Origin: a virus
Length of the DNA: 64,000 nt
Direction: 5' to 3' (one strand)
IMG/VR virus record: IMGVR_UViG_3300020219_000016
Span: 7,915-71,914 of that record
The notes under the pieces are model-generated. The model was given only the letters and a program-made list of their open reading frames with translations. It was not told where the DNA came from and did not search any database. How positions within the stretch are numbered: position 1 is the stretch's first letter; every line of letters begins with the position of its first letter. The position numbers were made by a program, and so were the translations under genes. Positions 16,870 to 25,742 of this stretch are shown here, piece by piece.

Positions 16870-17340
16870 ATGAATGCAGATCGAGAAGTGAAAGTCGTAA
16901 CAGAGACAACGCATTGGGGCGTCGCGATCGACACAGACGCATATGCCGGGTGTTTTGAGCGTCAAATGTGCGCACACATCACAGGCCAAGTAGGTGACTG
17001 CAATGTGGGAGAAGACTTCATTTCAGAATCGTTGTTCGAAGACTCCCGGATTTGCCATATTCCGGATGAGCACGGTTGCAGTCGGCCATGTGCCATAACT
17101 ATCACGCCAGGCGGACCATACAACAATTCAGTGGTTATCTTTTTCGAGACAGAGCCAGACGACAATGAGATAGCGATTATCAAAGAACGCGCAGGATCAT
17201 TCATCGCTACATGGAATGGAAAGTATGTAGGAGATCCGTATATGTGGATAAAGATGACTGAAGTTATAGGGTTTCGCGTATTGAAGTACGAAACCGTGGT
17301 GACAGAACGTGTAGTCGGTGAATTATTAGTGGATCTTTAA
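16870..17340 (+). CDS. hypothetical phage protein
   Basis: IDTDAYAGCFERQMCAHITGQVGDC.VG. Confidence 0.7.
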   Translation: MNADREVKVVTETTHWGVAIDTDAYAGCFERQMCAHITGQVGDCNVGEDFISESLFEDSRICHIPDEHGCSRPCAITITPGGPYNNSVVIFFETEPDDNEIAIIKERAGSFIATWNGKYVGDPYMWIKMTEVIGFRVLKYETVVTERVVGELLVDL

Positions 17341-17360
17341 CGAAGGGTTTGGAGAGAGAA

Positions 17361-18317
17361 ATGATGGATGAACATGAAAAACCCCAGGCGGGCGAGTGGT
17401 GGGAGTCGAAACACTGGCGGCGAGTATTTGTGATCGGCCAGACATGTGACGGCAAGATTGTCGTTGAGTTCTGGAACTTTAACTTGCGAATCATAACAGA
17501 CGTCGAGTTCGAAACGTGCGGCGAATGGCGGCGTCTCGACGGCTGCGACTCGTTCGAGTGGGTCGAGTCACCAGACTGGGTTTCACTGACTGATCCAGAG
17601 CACGAACTACGAGCGTGCGACTGGGTAAGGCGAAAGAAGGACACGGAATGGAAGCCGAGCGTGTGGCATGACTACGGAGTTAAAATTAAGGATCTTACTG
17701 GGCTTCGCTGGGAGTTCCGTTGCCTGCGAAAAGACGTGCCTGCTGTCGTGCCAGCGCCTGATACGTATCCGCAGTGGTGGACGACAATTGATGGGCCGGA
17801 CTCGCCGATTGCGTTTGTGCGCCGAGACTCTGCGACAGAAATGACAATAGTTCGCAAGGATGGCATTAAGTCTACAGGATTTACGTGGAGCACAGCTTGC
17901 GGAAAGCGCACGCGACTGACCGAGGCCGAAGCACTGGCATTGCTCGATCCGCCAGCGACTGAGACATTTCCTCAGTGGATCATACGGGTAGGCAATCGAT
18001 TCAAGGACGCGGCTTACCTGCTGCGGGGAAGTCAAGACTTCACGTGTCGAGTGCTGCCTGATGGCAAAACGGAGATGATGTTGTGGGATGAACATTGCGA
18101 GTCATGTGTTCAGTACGGAGACTGGAAACGATGTACGCAAGCCGAGGCACAGGCTTTGCTAGATCCACTGCCGACGAAAGCGCTCACTATCACAGTGACG
18201 CGGTGGCTGTGCTCTGATGACGGCGAGACTTGGGTGAAGGTATTTAACAGCGTGGCTCCGACTGCGTGGAAGACGGCGATACCACATGGCACAGAAACCT
18301 ACGAGGTGCCATTGTGA
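17361..18317 (+). CDS. modular Trp-rich hypothetical protein with internal duplicated domain
   Basis: Two T(Y/F)PQW...DG...T.AEA.ALLDP units. Confidence 0.7.
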   Translation: MMDEHEKPQAGEWWESKHWRRVFVIGQTCDGKIVVEFWNFNLRIITDVEFETCGEWRRLDGCDSFEWVESPDWVSLTDPEHELRACDWVRRKKDTEWKPSVWHDYGVKIKDLTGLRWEFRCLRKDVPAVVPAPDTYPQWWTTIDGPDSPIAFVRRDSATEMTIVRKDGIKSTGFTWSTACGKRTRLTEAEALALLDPPATETFPQWIIRVGNRFKDAAYLLRGSQDFTCRVLPDGKTEMMLWDEHCESCVQYGDWKRCTQAEAQALLDPLPTKALTITVTRWLCSDDGETWVKVFNSVAPTAWKTAIPHGTETYEVPL

Positions 18318-18481
18318 GTTATCATCACTGCCCTATTGAGCCGTCTGACTGTAGCGACGGGCAGAACGATCCGGAAGACGAAGGGTGTCCAGATTGCGTG
18401 GATGGCAAGATTAACCGTGATGCAATGACGATCGACGGTATTGTGTATCCAGCGATCGTGGATCAGTTACGTTCAGGGTAA
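18314..18481 (+). CDS. small hypothetical protein
   Basis: GTGA-coupled, CPDC. Confidence 0.4.
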   Translation: MSYHHCPIEPSDCSDGQNDPEDEGCPDCVDGKINRDAMTIDGIVYPAIVDQLRSG

Positions 18482-18537
18482 ACGTGTGTTTGTCGATACA
18501 GCGGCGTGGATCGCGTTTCTCAAGGAGGGTCGAAAGC

Positions 18538-18834
18538 ATGGTAGCGCCAAGTGAGCTGACAGCGTCTGTGGCTGCTTCTCTTCACAAGTACGAGGAATTG
18601 TGTGCCGACGCCATCGCATGGGCTAAGACGGCCTGTCCTGTGACCGAGGGAGACGATTGGCGCTGGGGAGGTCGGAAATTTAATGTCGTTAGTGTATATG
18701 CCAGACTTCTGCGTGATATCGACCCAGATATCGTTCCGCGCATTGTGTGGTGTGCTGATCTGATGGAAGTGACTGGTGTTGTGTTGCATGTAACTGAGCT
18801 GTCGATGCCAACAGCCAAAAATCCTCAAAACTGA
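18538..18834 (+). CDS. hypothetical protein
   Basis: GGAGG RBS. Confidence 0.6.
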   Translation: MVAPSELTASVAASLHKYEELCADAIAWAKTACPVTEGDDWRWGGRKFNVVSVYARLLRDIDPDIVPRIVWCADLMEVTGVVLHVTELSMPTAKNPQN

Positions 18835-18851
18835 ATTGGAGTGTTGATCTG

Positions 18852-19106
18852 ATGAATGCGATTGCGTGCTTGGGACCGGTGGCGATTGAGATCGAATTGC
18901 GTGAAGTTGTTCGCCGTGCCGGTGGTGAGGTGTTTATGCTTGAAATCGACGAGACCAGTATTTTGGTTTCGATGAATCTGGTGCTTGGTGATGCGATGAG
19001 TCGTCATGCTCACTACGTGCGAGACCCGCTGGGGCGTCGTTCAGAACTTTTCATTGCGATGCGCGACTGGATTTTGCGAAAGGCAAAGGAACATGCAGCC
19101 GTCTGA
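18852..19106 (+). CDS. hypothetical protein
   Basis: GGAG RBS. Confidence 0.6.
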   Translation: MNAIACLGPVAIEIELREVVRRAGGEVFMLEIDETSILVSMNLVLGDAMSRHAHYVRDPLGRRSELFIAMRDWILRKAKEHAAV

Positions 19107-19203
19107 ATTTTTGATAATGTTCGGTGCTGTGTGTGCCGGGCTGTTTTTGGTAGAAGAGGTTTGGCAGTGGTTAACTTTTTCAGATTCGGAGGTGGAGTTG
19201 TGA
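19093..19203 (+). CDS. small membrane protein
   Basis: MQPSEFLIMFGAVCAGLFLV hydrophobic; AAGGA RBS. Confidence 0.4.
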   Translation: MQPSEFLIMFGAVCAGLFLVEEVWQWLTFSDSEVEL

Positions 19204-19430
19204 ACAGTTTAATTAGTAGTTTTTCGGTGAATGATGCCGTACTGATTTCTTGCAGGAGCGGATTGTCAATGCGGCGTGTGATCGCGATGACACCAAAGGG
19301 ACTGGCTGTCGTGTACAAGGAACAGTATTCAGGGGAACCAGATGTAGTGATCGAGACAGACGACTGGGTTCATATTGGGCGATACCAACGCACGTTTTTC
19401 GGCACATACAAATTCATTCCTAGAGGGTAA
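19200..19430 (+). CDS. hypothetical protein
   Basis: GTGA-coupled start. Confidence 0.5.
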   Translation: MNSLISSFSVNDAVLISCRSGLSMRRVIAMTPKGLAVVYKEQYSGEPDVVIETDDWVHIGRYQRTFFGTYKFIPRG

Positions 19431-19439
19431 TGTGTCCCA

Positions 19440-19724
19440 ATGAGTAGATCGATATATCCACCAATCGAAAACATGAAGTGCGCAATATGCGGCAAGCCTG
19501 CTCGCGGGTGGAACGTTGCTGGCCCGTTTTGCTCGGACGAGCATTATCAGCGGAGTGATGAGTTCGAGGAACGGTATGAAAAGATGCATCAAGACAGCCT
19601 GAATGCGCGCAATCTGTTGCACAGGATTGAGGCACTCGAATCAGAACTGCTTCGCATTTCTGCCGTCGTCGGAGAAGTGGATTACGAATTGATCCAAAGC
19701 CTGCTCGCGGACGATCTGAAATAA
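19440..19724 (+). CDS. zinc-finger (CxxC..FCS..H) + coiled-coil protein
   Basis: CAICGK...FCSDEH. Confidence 0.65.
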   Translation: MSRSIYPPIENMKCAICGKPARGWNVAGPFCSDEHYQRSDEFEERYEKMHQDSLNARNLLHRIEALESELLRISAVVGEVDYELIQSLLADDLK

Positions 19725-19744
19725 ATCTCAAATAAATGGTATAT

Positions 19745-19778
19745 GTGACGTTGACACGTCACGAACCGTCGATATGCT
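19745..19778 (+). promoter_or_regulatory. sigma70 promoter with palindrome over -35
   Basis: TTGACA-N16-TATGCT; GTGACGT-TGAC-ACGTCAC. Confidence 0.55.
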
Positions 19779-19840
19779 TCGCAATAACTGATGGACAATA
19801 TCAGAGCGAAATCATTTGGTTGACTTCGGTCTCCAAACTT

Positions 19841-19882
19841 AAGCCCGTGCAGAGGATTGTCCCCTTTGCATGGGCTTTTTTT
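19841..19882 (+). terminator. intrinsic terminator
   Basis: AAGCCCGTGCAGAGG...CCTTTGCATGGGCTT + T-run. Confidence 0.8.
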
Positions 19883-19890
19883 GTTACGCC

Positions 19891-19960
19891 TTCTCAGTGG
19901 CTTCGTAACTGAGATATATGCCTGAATGGTTTTAGCCAGGTTCGATTCCTTGCCGGGAAA
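19891..19960 (+). other. degenerate tRNA-like element
   Basis: TTCTCAG/CCGGGAA acceptor-like pairing and CCAGG-TTCGATT-CCTTG T-arm. Confidence 0.3.
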
Positions 19961-20436
19961 TTTTCCAATCGTTTCAGTGAATCGAAGCGATTAGTTTTGC
20001 GTCGCAAACACGACCAAAAATTTGATGAGACATAGCCACCAGACTTTAGGCGTGATGCTGGTAAAACATGACCTGAGCCCGAGTAGTCCGACTTAGAGAG
20101 CGGATCAGAAGGCGTTGACGGTTTGACAGCCAGTCCCTTAATCACACAAACTGCCGTGAGCCCGAATGGGATAGAGGCTCAACTGCTGAGAGGCAGAAGA
20201 AGACGCGGCATGCGTCGGAAGGTTAACAATCGATCCAGGGGTCAAGCCAAAGCGTCGATATCGGCTCTTTGGCCTGGTTCACACGGCCTGTTGTTGTACG
20301 CCGAAGCGAAGTGTGGATCGGTTTACTACAAGATAGTCGGTTACTCTCTGAGTAAAGCATCCCTCCTATAAGACAAAGGGGAGGCGTGTTTCCCAGAAAG
20401 ACCTAAGGCCAGAAGAGCGCGCAAGGAACAATAAAA

Positions 20437-20763
20437 ATGGCATCAAAATTGAGGCAACTGCGAGATAGAGACAGGGCAGTTGATCGATACGCCAGTCAGG
20501 AAAAAGTGTTGCCTGGCGTGATGCCTTTTGGTATTTATCAAGGCGGCAAGGTGAGTGCGCTCCCGACAGACTATTTGGAAAACATGCTGAAGGCAGACCG
20601 TCTTCCACAAGTGACATACGATGCGATCGTTGACGTGCTGGTGCAACGGACACTGAAGTCTGCAAAGAACGATGCTGCACCGAAGAAGCCTCGCAACAGA
20701 AAGCCGCGATTTCGGAAGTTGAAGAATAAGGAACAGAAAGATGAATCGAGCGCTACGGCGTAG
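20437..20763 (+). CDS. DUF3820-like (MPFGxYxG) domain protein with basic tail
   Basis: VMPFGIYQGGKVSALPTDYL. Confidence 0.65.
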   Translation: MASKLRQLRDRDRAVDRYASQEKVLPGVMPFGIYQGGKVSALPTDYLENMLKADRLPQVTYDAIVDVLVQRTLKSAKNDAAPKKPRNRKPRFRKLKNKEQKDESSATA

Positions 20764-21025
20764 CCAAAAGGATCGTATGAAGCGATGGGCGAAGCGAGTG
20801 GCTGGTGTTATTTGGAGATACGCCACTGGTGATACGAAGTCGGAGAATGTAGTAGACACGTTCGTACGGAATGCAGACCATTTGAAGTCGTGTAGTTGCG
20901 AAGGGTGTTGCAATCCTCGCCGCAGTGGCTGGCGTAAAAATCATGGTAAGACACGCAAAGAAATTCAGGCAGATCAAGACATGAGGGAACAGGAACACAA
21001 TGATATCCGTAAAAAAACTGACTGA
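20741..21025 (+). CDS. basic hypothetical protein
   Basis: CSCEGCCNPRR motif. Confidence 0.65.
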   Translation: MNRALRRSQKDRMKRWAKRVAGVIWRYATGDTKSENVVDTFVRNADHLKSCSCEGCCNPRRSGWRKNHGKTRKEIQADQDMREQEHNDIRKKTD

Positions 21026-21185
21026 TGCCGAGTTGCAATCAGAGTGGCTCGAACTTGAGCGACTGATCGGAGATCCTATTGATTGCATGCCTGATAAGAT
21101 GAATGCGATGTATGAGCGACAGCATGAAGTAGAATGCGAGCAAGAACATCGAGATCAAGACACGAGGGAACAGACCAATGGCTAA
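21000..21185 (+). CDS. hypothetical protein
   Basis: Tiled ORF. Confidence 0.55.
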   Translation: MISVKKLTDAELQSEWLELERLIGDPIDCMPDKMNAMYERQHEVECEQEHRDQDTREQTNG

Positions 21186-21399
21186 TGTGGATAAGCCGCC
21201 GATCGGAATAGTGCCAGAAAAATACTGGATCGAAGCACGGTTTGGTGAGCTTTCTGAGGCGTGCAATCGCTTTATGCAAGCTGACAAGCCGATACCTTCA
21301 GAGTGGAAAGATGAAATGATTCGGCATTATCGTCGCATTAAGTTCGATGATCAGGTTCGTGCTGACGCCTGGATGCGTTTCTTCGGTCGGGGGAAGTAA
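21178..21399 (+). CDS. hypothetical phage protein
   Basis: KPPIGIVP..W...R..EL...IP.EW..E. Confidence 0.65.
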   Translation: MANVDKPPIGIVPEKYWIEARFGELSEACNRFMQADKPIPSEWKDEMIRHYRRIKFDDQVRADAWMRFFGRGK

Positions 21400-21402
21400 T
21401 CA

Positions 21403-21678
21403 ATGAGCACGCCATTAAGTGATTTGAGCGATACAGCAAGAGCTTTAATCGTTGACGCCATACTCAAGATTGACGCTGGTACATTTTCCGACAGCGTTAA
21501 GGACGAGATCATTCTGTGGGCTCGTTTAGTTTCCGGAGAATGCTGTAGCAACACTGATTGCATAAATGCTGGTACGCAGTGGCATGTGTGCCCGTACAAG
21601 CACGCTATGTTTGACGACAGTGAAACGCTGTGCAATTGCTGCGACGATTGTCGCTGGCAGTGTTTGCAGGACATTTGA
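21403..21678 (+). CDS. Cys-rich hypothetical protein
   Basis: HVCPY...CNCCDDC..C..DI. Confidence 0.65.
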   Translation: MSTPLSDLSDTARALIVDAILKIDAGTFSDSVKDEIILWARLVSGECCSNTDCINAGTQWHVCPYKHAMFDDSETLCNCCDDCRWQCLQDI

Positions 21679-21689
21679 AAGGTATTTCA

Positions 21690-21974
21690 ATGGCACGATT
21701 CAAAGTAAACGACCGCGTGATTGTAGTGTCGGCGGAAACTGTCTCGCGTGGACTACTCGGTCTCGTTGTGAGCTCTGGCGGCGATGATGGCACTTACTAC
21801 GGTGTGATGCTGGAAGGCGATACGAAGGCTATGGGCTTCAGTGAATATGAGTTGGAGCGAGTTGTCACTAAAGCACTTCCAGACGGCTGGATCACAGATC
21901 GACCGCCAGTTTACGGAGACTGTGAAGAAAGTTCTGGCAGTTGTGTCCAGGTTACGCATTTAGATCGTGGGTGA
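21690..21974 (+). CDS. SH3-like hypothetical protein
   Basis: FKVNDRV...G.V...YGV...FSEYELE. Confidence 0.55.
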   Translation: MARFKVNDRVIVVSAETVSRGLLGLVVSSGGDDGTYYGVMLEGDTKAMGFSEYELERVVTKALPDGWITDRPPVYGDCEESSGSCVQVTHLDRG

Positions 21975-22057
21975 TCGGAAGCATGTCTGTGGTGGCGTGG
22001 CGTCGTATTCGACCGGCGTTTGTTGGTTGATATGGTAAGTTCTTTAAGGGGCAGAAG

Positions 22058-22309
22058 ATGATTACAGAGATTCATTTCAATTGGCATTACAGCACAGAGA
22101 GTGGTGAAGACTTTTCAGGCTTCAAGGTTGGTGATTGTGGCGTGACACAGATCAGGAACGTCTCAGAAGACAACTCGGTTTGTTACCGAGTCGATTTTGG
22201 GGACGGTACGGCGCAGTTGATCTACAATCCTAATCTGGTGTTTAGGAGTGCGCCGGTCGTGAATGATATTGGTGGTGGTTTGGTAGAGAACTATCAGGGT
22301 GTTCGCTGA
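22058..22309 (+). CDS. hypothetical protein
   Basis: Tiled ORF. Confidence 0.6.
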   Translation: MITEIHFNWHYSTESGEDFSGFKVGDCGVTQIRNVSEDNSVCYRVDFGDGTAQLIYNPNLVFRSAPVVNDIGGGLVENYQGVR

Positions 22310-22332
22310 GTCTGGCATTTCAAGGAGTCAAA

Positions 22333-22566
22333 ATGGCATACACCAAGAAAAAACCGAGTGATCGTGAGGTGGAATTCTTTGCACGCCTGCGAGCGTTGCT
22401 GAAAGAGTTCGACGTAGATATTGACATAGTTGATGAAGGCTTACAATACGGTAACCCGACGCCATTTGTTCGCTTTGAGTTCAATGCTGAATACGGGGTG
22501 TATAATTTCAGTCGAATCAGTTCGGCGGATGAGCTTGGTGAAGATGGTGCCTGTAAGGTTTCTTGA
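22333..22566 (+). CDS. hypothetical protein
   Basis: AAGGAG RBS. Confidence 0.65.
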   Translation: MAYTKKKPSDREVEFFARLRALLKEFDVDIDIVDEGLQYGNPTPFVRFEFNAEYGVYNFSRISSADELGEDGACKVS

Positions 22567-22580
22567 GATAGGAAGCGAAG

Positions 22581-22817
22581 ATGCAGATGCAGACTGATAA
22601 CGACCGCAGTGACTTCATTCTTCTCAAGGCCCAAAAGGCGATTGAAGACTTCACGCAGGAGGCGTTGTATTGGCAAGGCATTCCAGTAACCGTCTTGCAC
22701 CATGAGCCGACGTGGCTTGAGTTGCGTGATGCAATCACATCAGTGTTGTTCGATATGGATCGCGAGCAGGCTGAGGCTGAACGTGAGGCACAGCGGGTAG
22801 TTCGGGACTGTGTTTGA
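22581..22817 (+). CDS. hypothetical protein
   Basis: AGGA RBS. Confidence 0.6.
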   Translation: MQMQTDNDRSDFILLKAQKAIEDFTQEALYWQGIPVTVLHHEPTWLELRDAITSVLFDMDREQAEAEREAQRVVRDCV

Positions 22818-22852
22818 ATAGACAAATCTCAGCAGAAAGGCGGTGTAAAGTC

Positions 22853-22878
22853 AAAAGTGCTTACCGGCAAGCACTTTT
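22853..22878. promoter_or_regulatory. 26-bp palindrome copy 2
   Basis: AAAAGTGCTTACCGGCAAGCACTTTT. Confidence 0.7.
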
Positions 22879-22977
22879 CGAAAGTGTAGTAGCCGTAGTT
22901 CGAATCAGTGTCCATTAGGGCTTATGTCCACTCATGTTTCGTGGGGGGAAAAGCCAAGATGAGGGAAGAAAAACAAG

Positions 22978-23301
22978 ATGAGTGCTGTGAAGTTGCCGGT
23001 AGGAACCGGAGTGTGGCGTGCTGAGGTGTCCCGGTCTGCGAAGTCGAATAAGACTTCGCATGTTTTCATGGGAGACATACCATCTGTGAGTCTGGATGCA
23101 GGTGTAGACCTGGAAGAATTTGTGAGGACGGTGTTCGTCGAGATCGAGAAGCGTGGCTATATGACGGTCACAGTGAGTTTGGCGTGTGGCGACATCTTGT
23201 GGATCGATGCAATCAACGACCAGGATGGTGTTGACGTGCTGGCAGTTCGGCACAATGCGTCAACGTTTCCGGGTGGTTTCGTGGGTATTTGGGTTTCGTA
23301 A
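22978..23301 (+). CDS. hypothetical protein
   Basis: Tiled ORF. Confidence 0.6.
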   Translation: MSAVKLPVGTGVWRAEVSRSAKSNKTSHVFMGDIPSVSLDAGVDLEEFVRTVFVEIEKRGYMTVTVSLACGDILWIDAINDQDGVDVLAVRHNASTFPGGFVGIWVS

Positions 23302-23316
23302 ATTGGGGATTGAGTA

Positions 23317-23667
23317 ATGGGCAAGAAACGTTCCGCAGTCGAAGTGGCTGAAGTGGTGGCGGCAGTTGAGATCCATCAGGATGATGCGTCAGAAGAAATA
23401 CCGAAGGGTCAATTGGGCGACTGGGGAGACAAGATGCATCCCGACGTTCGGCAGGCTGCTGACGAGTATATTTCGTTGCTGCGAGAGCACAACGCGGCAA
23501 AGGAGTCGATGAATGTGGCCAAGGAAGACTGCATAGTCAAGATGAAGGAACATGGCGTGTTGCGAGTGCAGATCGACGAAGGCGGCAAGTATCTGGTTTG
23601 CGAGGATGCGGTGAAGCTGGTGACAAAGGCCGCTAAGAAAGAGAAGGGCGGGAACGACGATGAGTAG
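23317..23667 (+). CDS. hypothetical protein
   Basis: Tiled ORF. Confidence 0.65.
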   Translation: MGKKRSAVEVAEVVAAVEIHQDDASEEIPKGQLGDWGDKMHPDVRQAADEYISLLREHNAAKESMNVAKEDCIVKMKEHGVLRVQIDEGGKYLVCEDAVKLVTKAAKKEKGGNDDE

Positions 23668-24313
23668 TGCATTGATTTTAGATCTGATCGAGATCGTGCT
23701 GAGTTTGTCAGTCGGCACGGTGTTCGGGATGTTGCTTGGCGCATTTTTGGATCACAAGGACGTGCTATATGTGTGTCCGCGTTGCAAGGCAATTGGTGGC
23801 AGGAAGCCAAACGTTTTGGAAGAGTGCAAGGACGACTTCAACCGATTGAGTGAGACGTTGAAACAGTCAGAGGAAGAAGATCTCCAATATCGTGATCGCA
23901 TTAAGGATGTTGAAGATAGACATCGTAATCGCAGTCGTGAAATCGAAGCCGCAGATGTGGATGCGGATCTATCTATCCTGGATGAGCTCCACGAACTTCT
24001 GGATTGCGTTGAATCTGATATGTCATTGAATGGCATCGACGAGTTCAACCGGGATTCGCTGAGTAGTTTAGGGCAAACACTGTACGACGTGCTGCTGCAT
24101 GGCAATGCGGCTACGGTGAGGCTTAAGAACGCGAATGACAGCCTTACAAGGTTGCGTGCTGAGGTAGTGACGCTAACGGCACAGCGTAATGCGGCACAGG
24201 AACAGCATACTGACGGTTTGCTGTTTGGAGATTTGCATTCGCGTGTGCAGCATCAACTTGGCGCGACGAAAGAGGCGATGGCAAGGGAACGCAATCTGTC
24301 GGAAGGACTGTGA
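23660..24313 (+). CDS. membrane-anchored coiled-coil protein
   Basis: N-terminal hydrophobic helix, CPRC, coiled coil. Confidence 0.65.
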   Translation: MSSALILDLIEIVLSLSVGTVFGMLLGAFLDHKDVLYVCPRCKAIGGRKPNVLEECKDDFNRLSETLKQSEEEDLQYRDRIKDVEDRHRNRSREIEAADVDADLSILDELHELLDCVESDMSLNGIDEFNRDSLSSLGQTLYDVLLHGNAATVRLKNANDSLTRLRAEVVTLTAQRNAAQEQHTDGLLFGDLHSRVQHQLGATKEAMARERNLSEGL

Positions 24314-24319
24314 GTAAAT

Positions 24320-25156
24320 ATGGCCGACAAGCATTCAACTGCCCATATTTACTCATTGCTGGCAGCACGATACGCAGGTAATGAGTGGGTTTACATAAAT
24401 GAAGTGCCGGACGGAACTGGCATGAAGAAAAATCGTAGCGCGGATGCTGTTGCCATCGGCTTGTGGGGCAAAAACGCTAAGGAGTTTCATGCGTTCGAGG
24501 TGAAGTCTTCTCGGTCGGACTGGACACATGAGCTTCAGGATATGGAAAAGTCGCGATCGTGGAGAAACACGGTCGCTTCGTTTTGGCTGGTAGCAGGACG
24601 CGGAGTCGCGAAACTGGAAGAGGTTCCTCCCGACTGGGGGTTTCTTGAGGTGGCAGCAAATGGCGAGTCCCTCAAGATTCGCAAGCAGCCGGCAGTTATG
24701 CCACGTGACAGCGTCAAGCTCAATGTGGTAGCGGCTATGGTGCGTAGAGCGGCTGATATGCTTCCGGAAATCTATAAGCCGGAACTGGCTGAAGGACGCG
24801 ACCAGTATCAGGCAGGGTATACTGAGGGGCGTCTGCGAGAGAAAGAGATCTACAAGGGAACGGAAAAGCGGCTGGAGCACCTGGAAGGCGTTATCAAGAG
24901 ACTTGGCGTGATGATGGGACAAAGCGTTGAGTTCATGGGTCCAGACAACGTGGCGCTGAAAATAATGAAGGCGGCAATGCACGGTAACATCGGTCATTTA
25001 CTAAATCGGATGAAACGAGCCTGCACTGGCGCAACGCAATTGCAGTCTTCTTTGACAGGCATCAGTGACGAGCTTGGAGCCACATTGGCAGAGATCGAAA
25101 ACTTTTCTAAATCGGCACTAAATTCTGAATCGGTCCTGATCAATGGTCAGAATTGA
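24320..25156 (+). CDS. MmcB-like PD-(D/E)xK endonuclease domain protein
   Basis: EV..GTG..RSADAVAI.LW...FEVKSSRSDW..EL...WG. Confidence 0.75.
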   Translation: MADKHSTAHIYSLLAARYAGNEWVYINEVPDGTGMKKNRSADAVAIGLWGKNAKEFHAFEVKSSRSDWTHELQDMEKSRSWRNTVASFWLVAGRGVAKLEEVPPDWGFLEVAANGESLKIRKQPAVMPRDSVKLNVVAAMVRRAADMLPEIYKPELAEGRDQYQAGYTEGRLREKEIYKGTEKRLEHLEGVIKRLGVMMGQSVEFMGPDNVALKIMKAAMHGNIGHLLNRMKRACTGATQLQSSLTGISDELGATLAEIENFSKSALNSESVLINGQN

Positions 25157-25157
25157 T

Positions 25158-25169
25158 CGTATATGTCAT
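25158..25169 (+). promoter_or_regulatory. recurrent promoter-like motif
   Basis: CGTATATGTCAT(TGTTC). Confidence 0.6.
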
Positions 25170-25212
25170 TGTTCGATTTGGCTGGTTGCTCGATCATAAA
25201 TGGATTAGTGAC

Positions 25213-25716
25213 ATGCAGACATCAGGAACTTTGCAGATTCGCTGGCTGATACGGCGTGACATGCCGGAAGTGCTGAATATCGAGCGGCACAGTTCTATGT
25301 CGCCGTGGACCTCGGATCAGTTCGTGACGTCTCTGAAATTGCGTAACTGCATTGGCATAGTCGCAGAGCTTGATGGTCAGATTGTGGGATTCATGCTGTA
25401 TCTGCTTGAGAAGGATCATCTTTATGTGATCAACTTTGCTGTCCACGAAGATCATCGGCGTACAGGTGTCTGGCGTCAGATGTGCGAGAGATTGATCGCA
25501 AAGTTGGCGCAGCAAAGACGTCAATATATCGACGTGCTGATACCGGAGAGGAACGTCGCGTGTCAGCTATGTTTGGCGTCCTTTGGATTCAGTGTGGTAC
25601 GTACTGAGAAGCCGAGTTTTTCTGACTGCGATGAATACTTGATGCGATATGCTGTAGCGTCCAGCTCGGTCGAGAGCGGCAACCGGATTAGTGAATACTT
25701 TGAAGATGGTGAATAG
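25213..25716 (+). CDS. rimI: RimI-like GNAT acetyltransferase
   Basis: IRWLIRRDMPEVL.IE...NCIGIVAE...VGFMLY...NFAVH...RR.GV...ERN. Confidence 0.8.
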   Translation: MQTSGTLQIRWLIRRDMPEVLNIERHSSMSPWTSDQFVTSLKLRNCIGIVAELDGQIVGFMLYLLEKDHLYVINFAVHEDHRRTGVWRQMCERLIAKLAQQRRQYIDVLIPERNVACQLCLASFGFSVVRTEKPSFSDCDEYLMRYAVASSSVESGNRISEYFEDGE

Positions 25717-25742
25717 GGGTCTCGTTTCTGTGGGAGAGTTTT

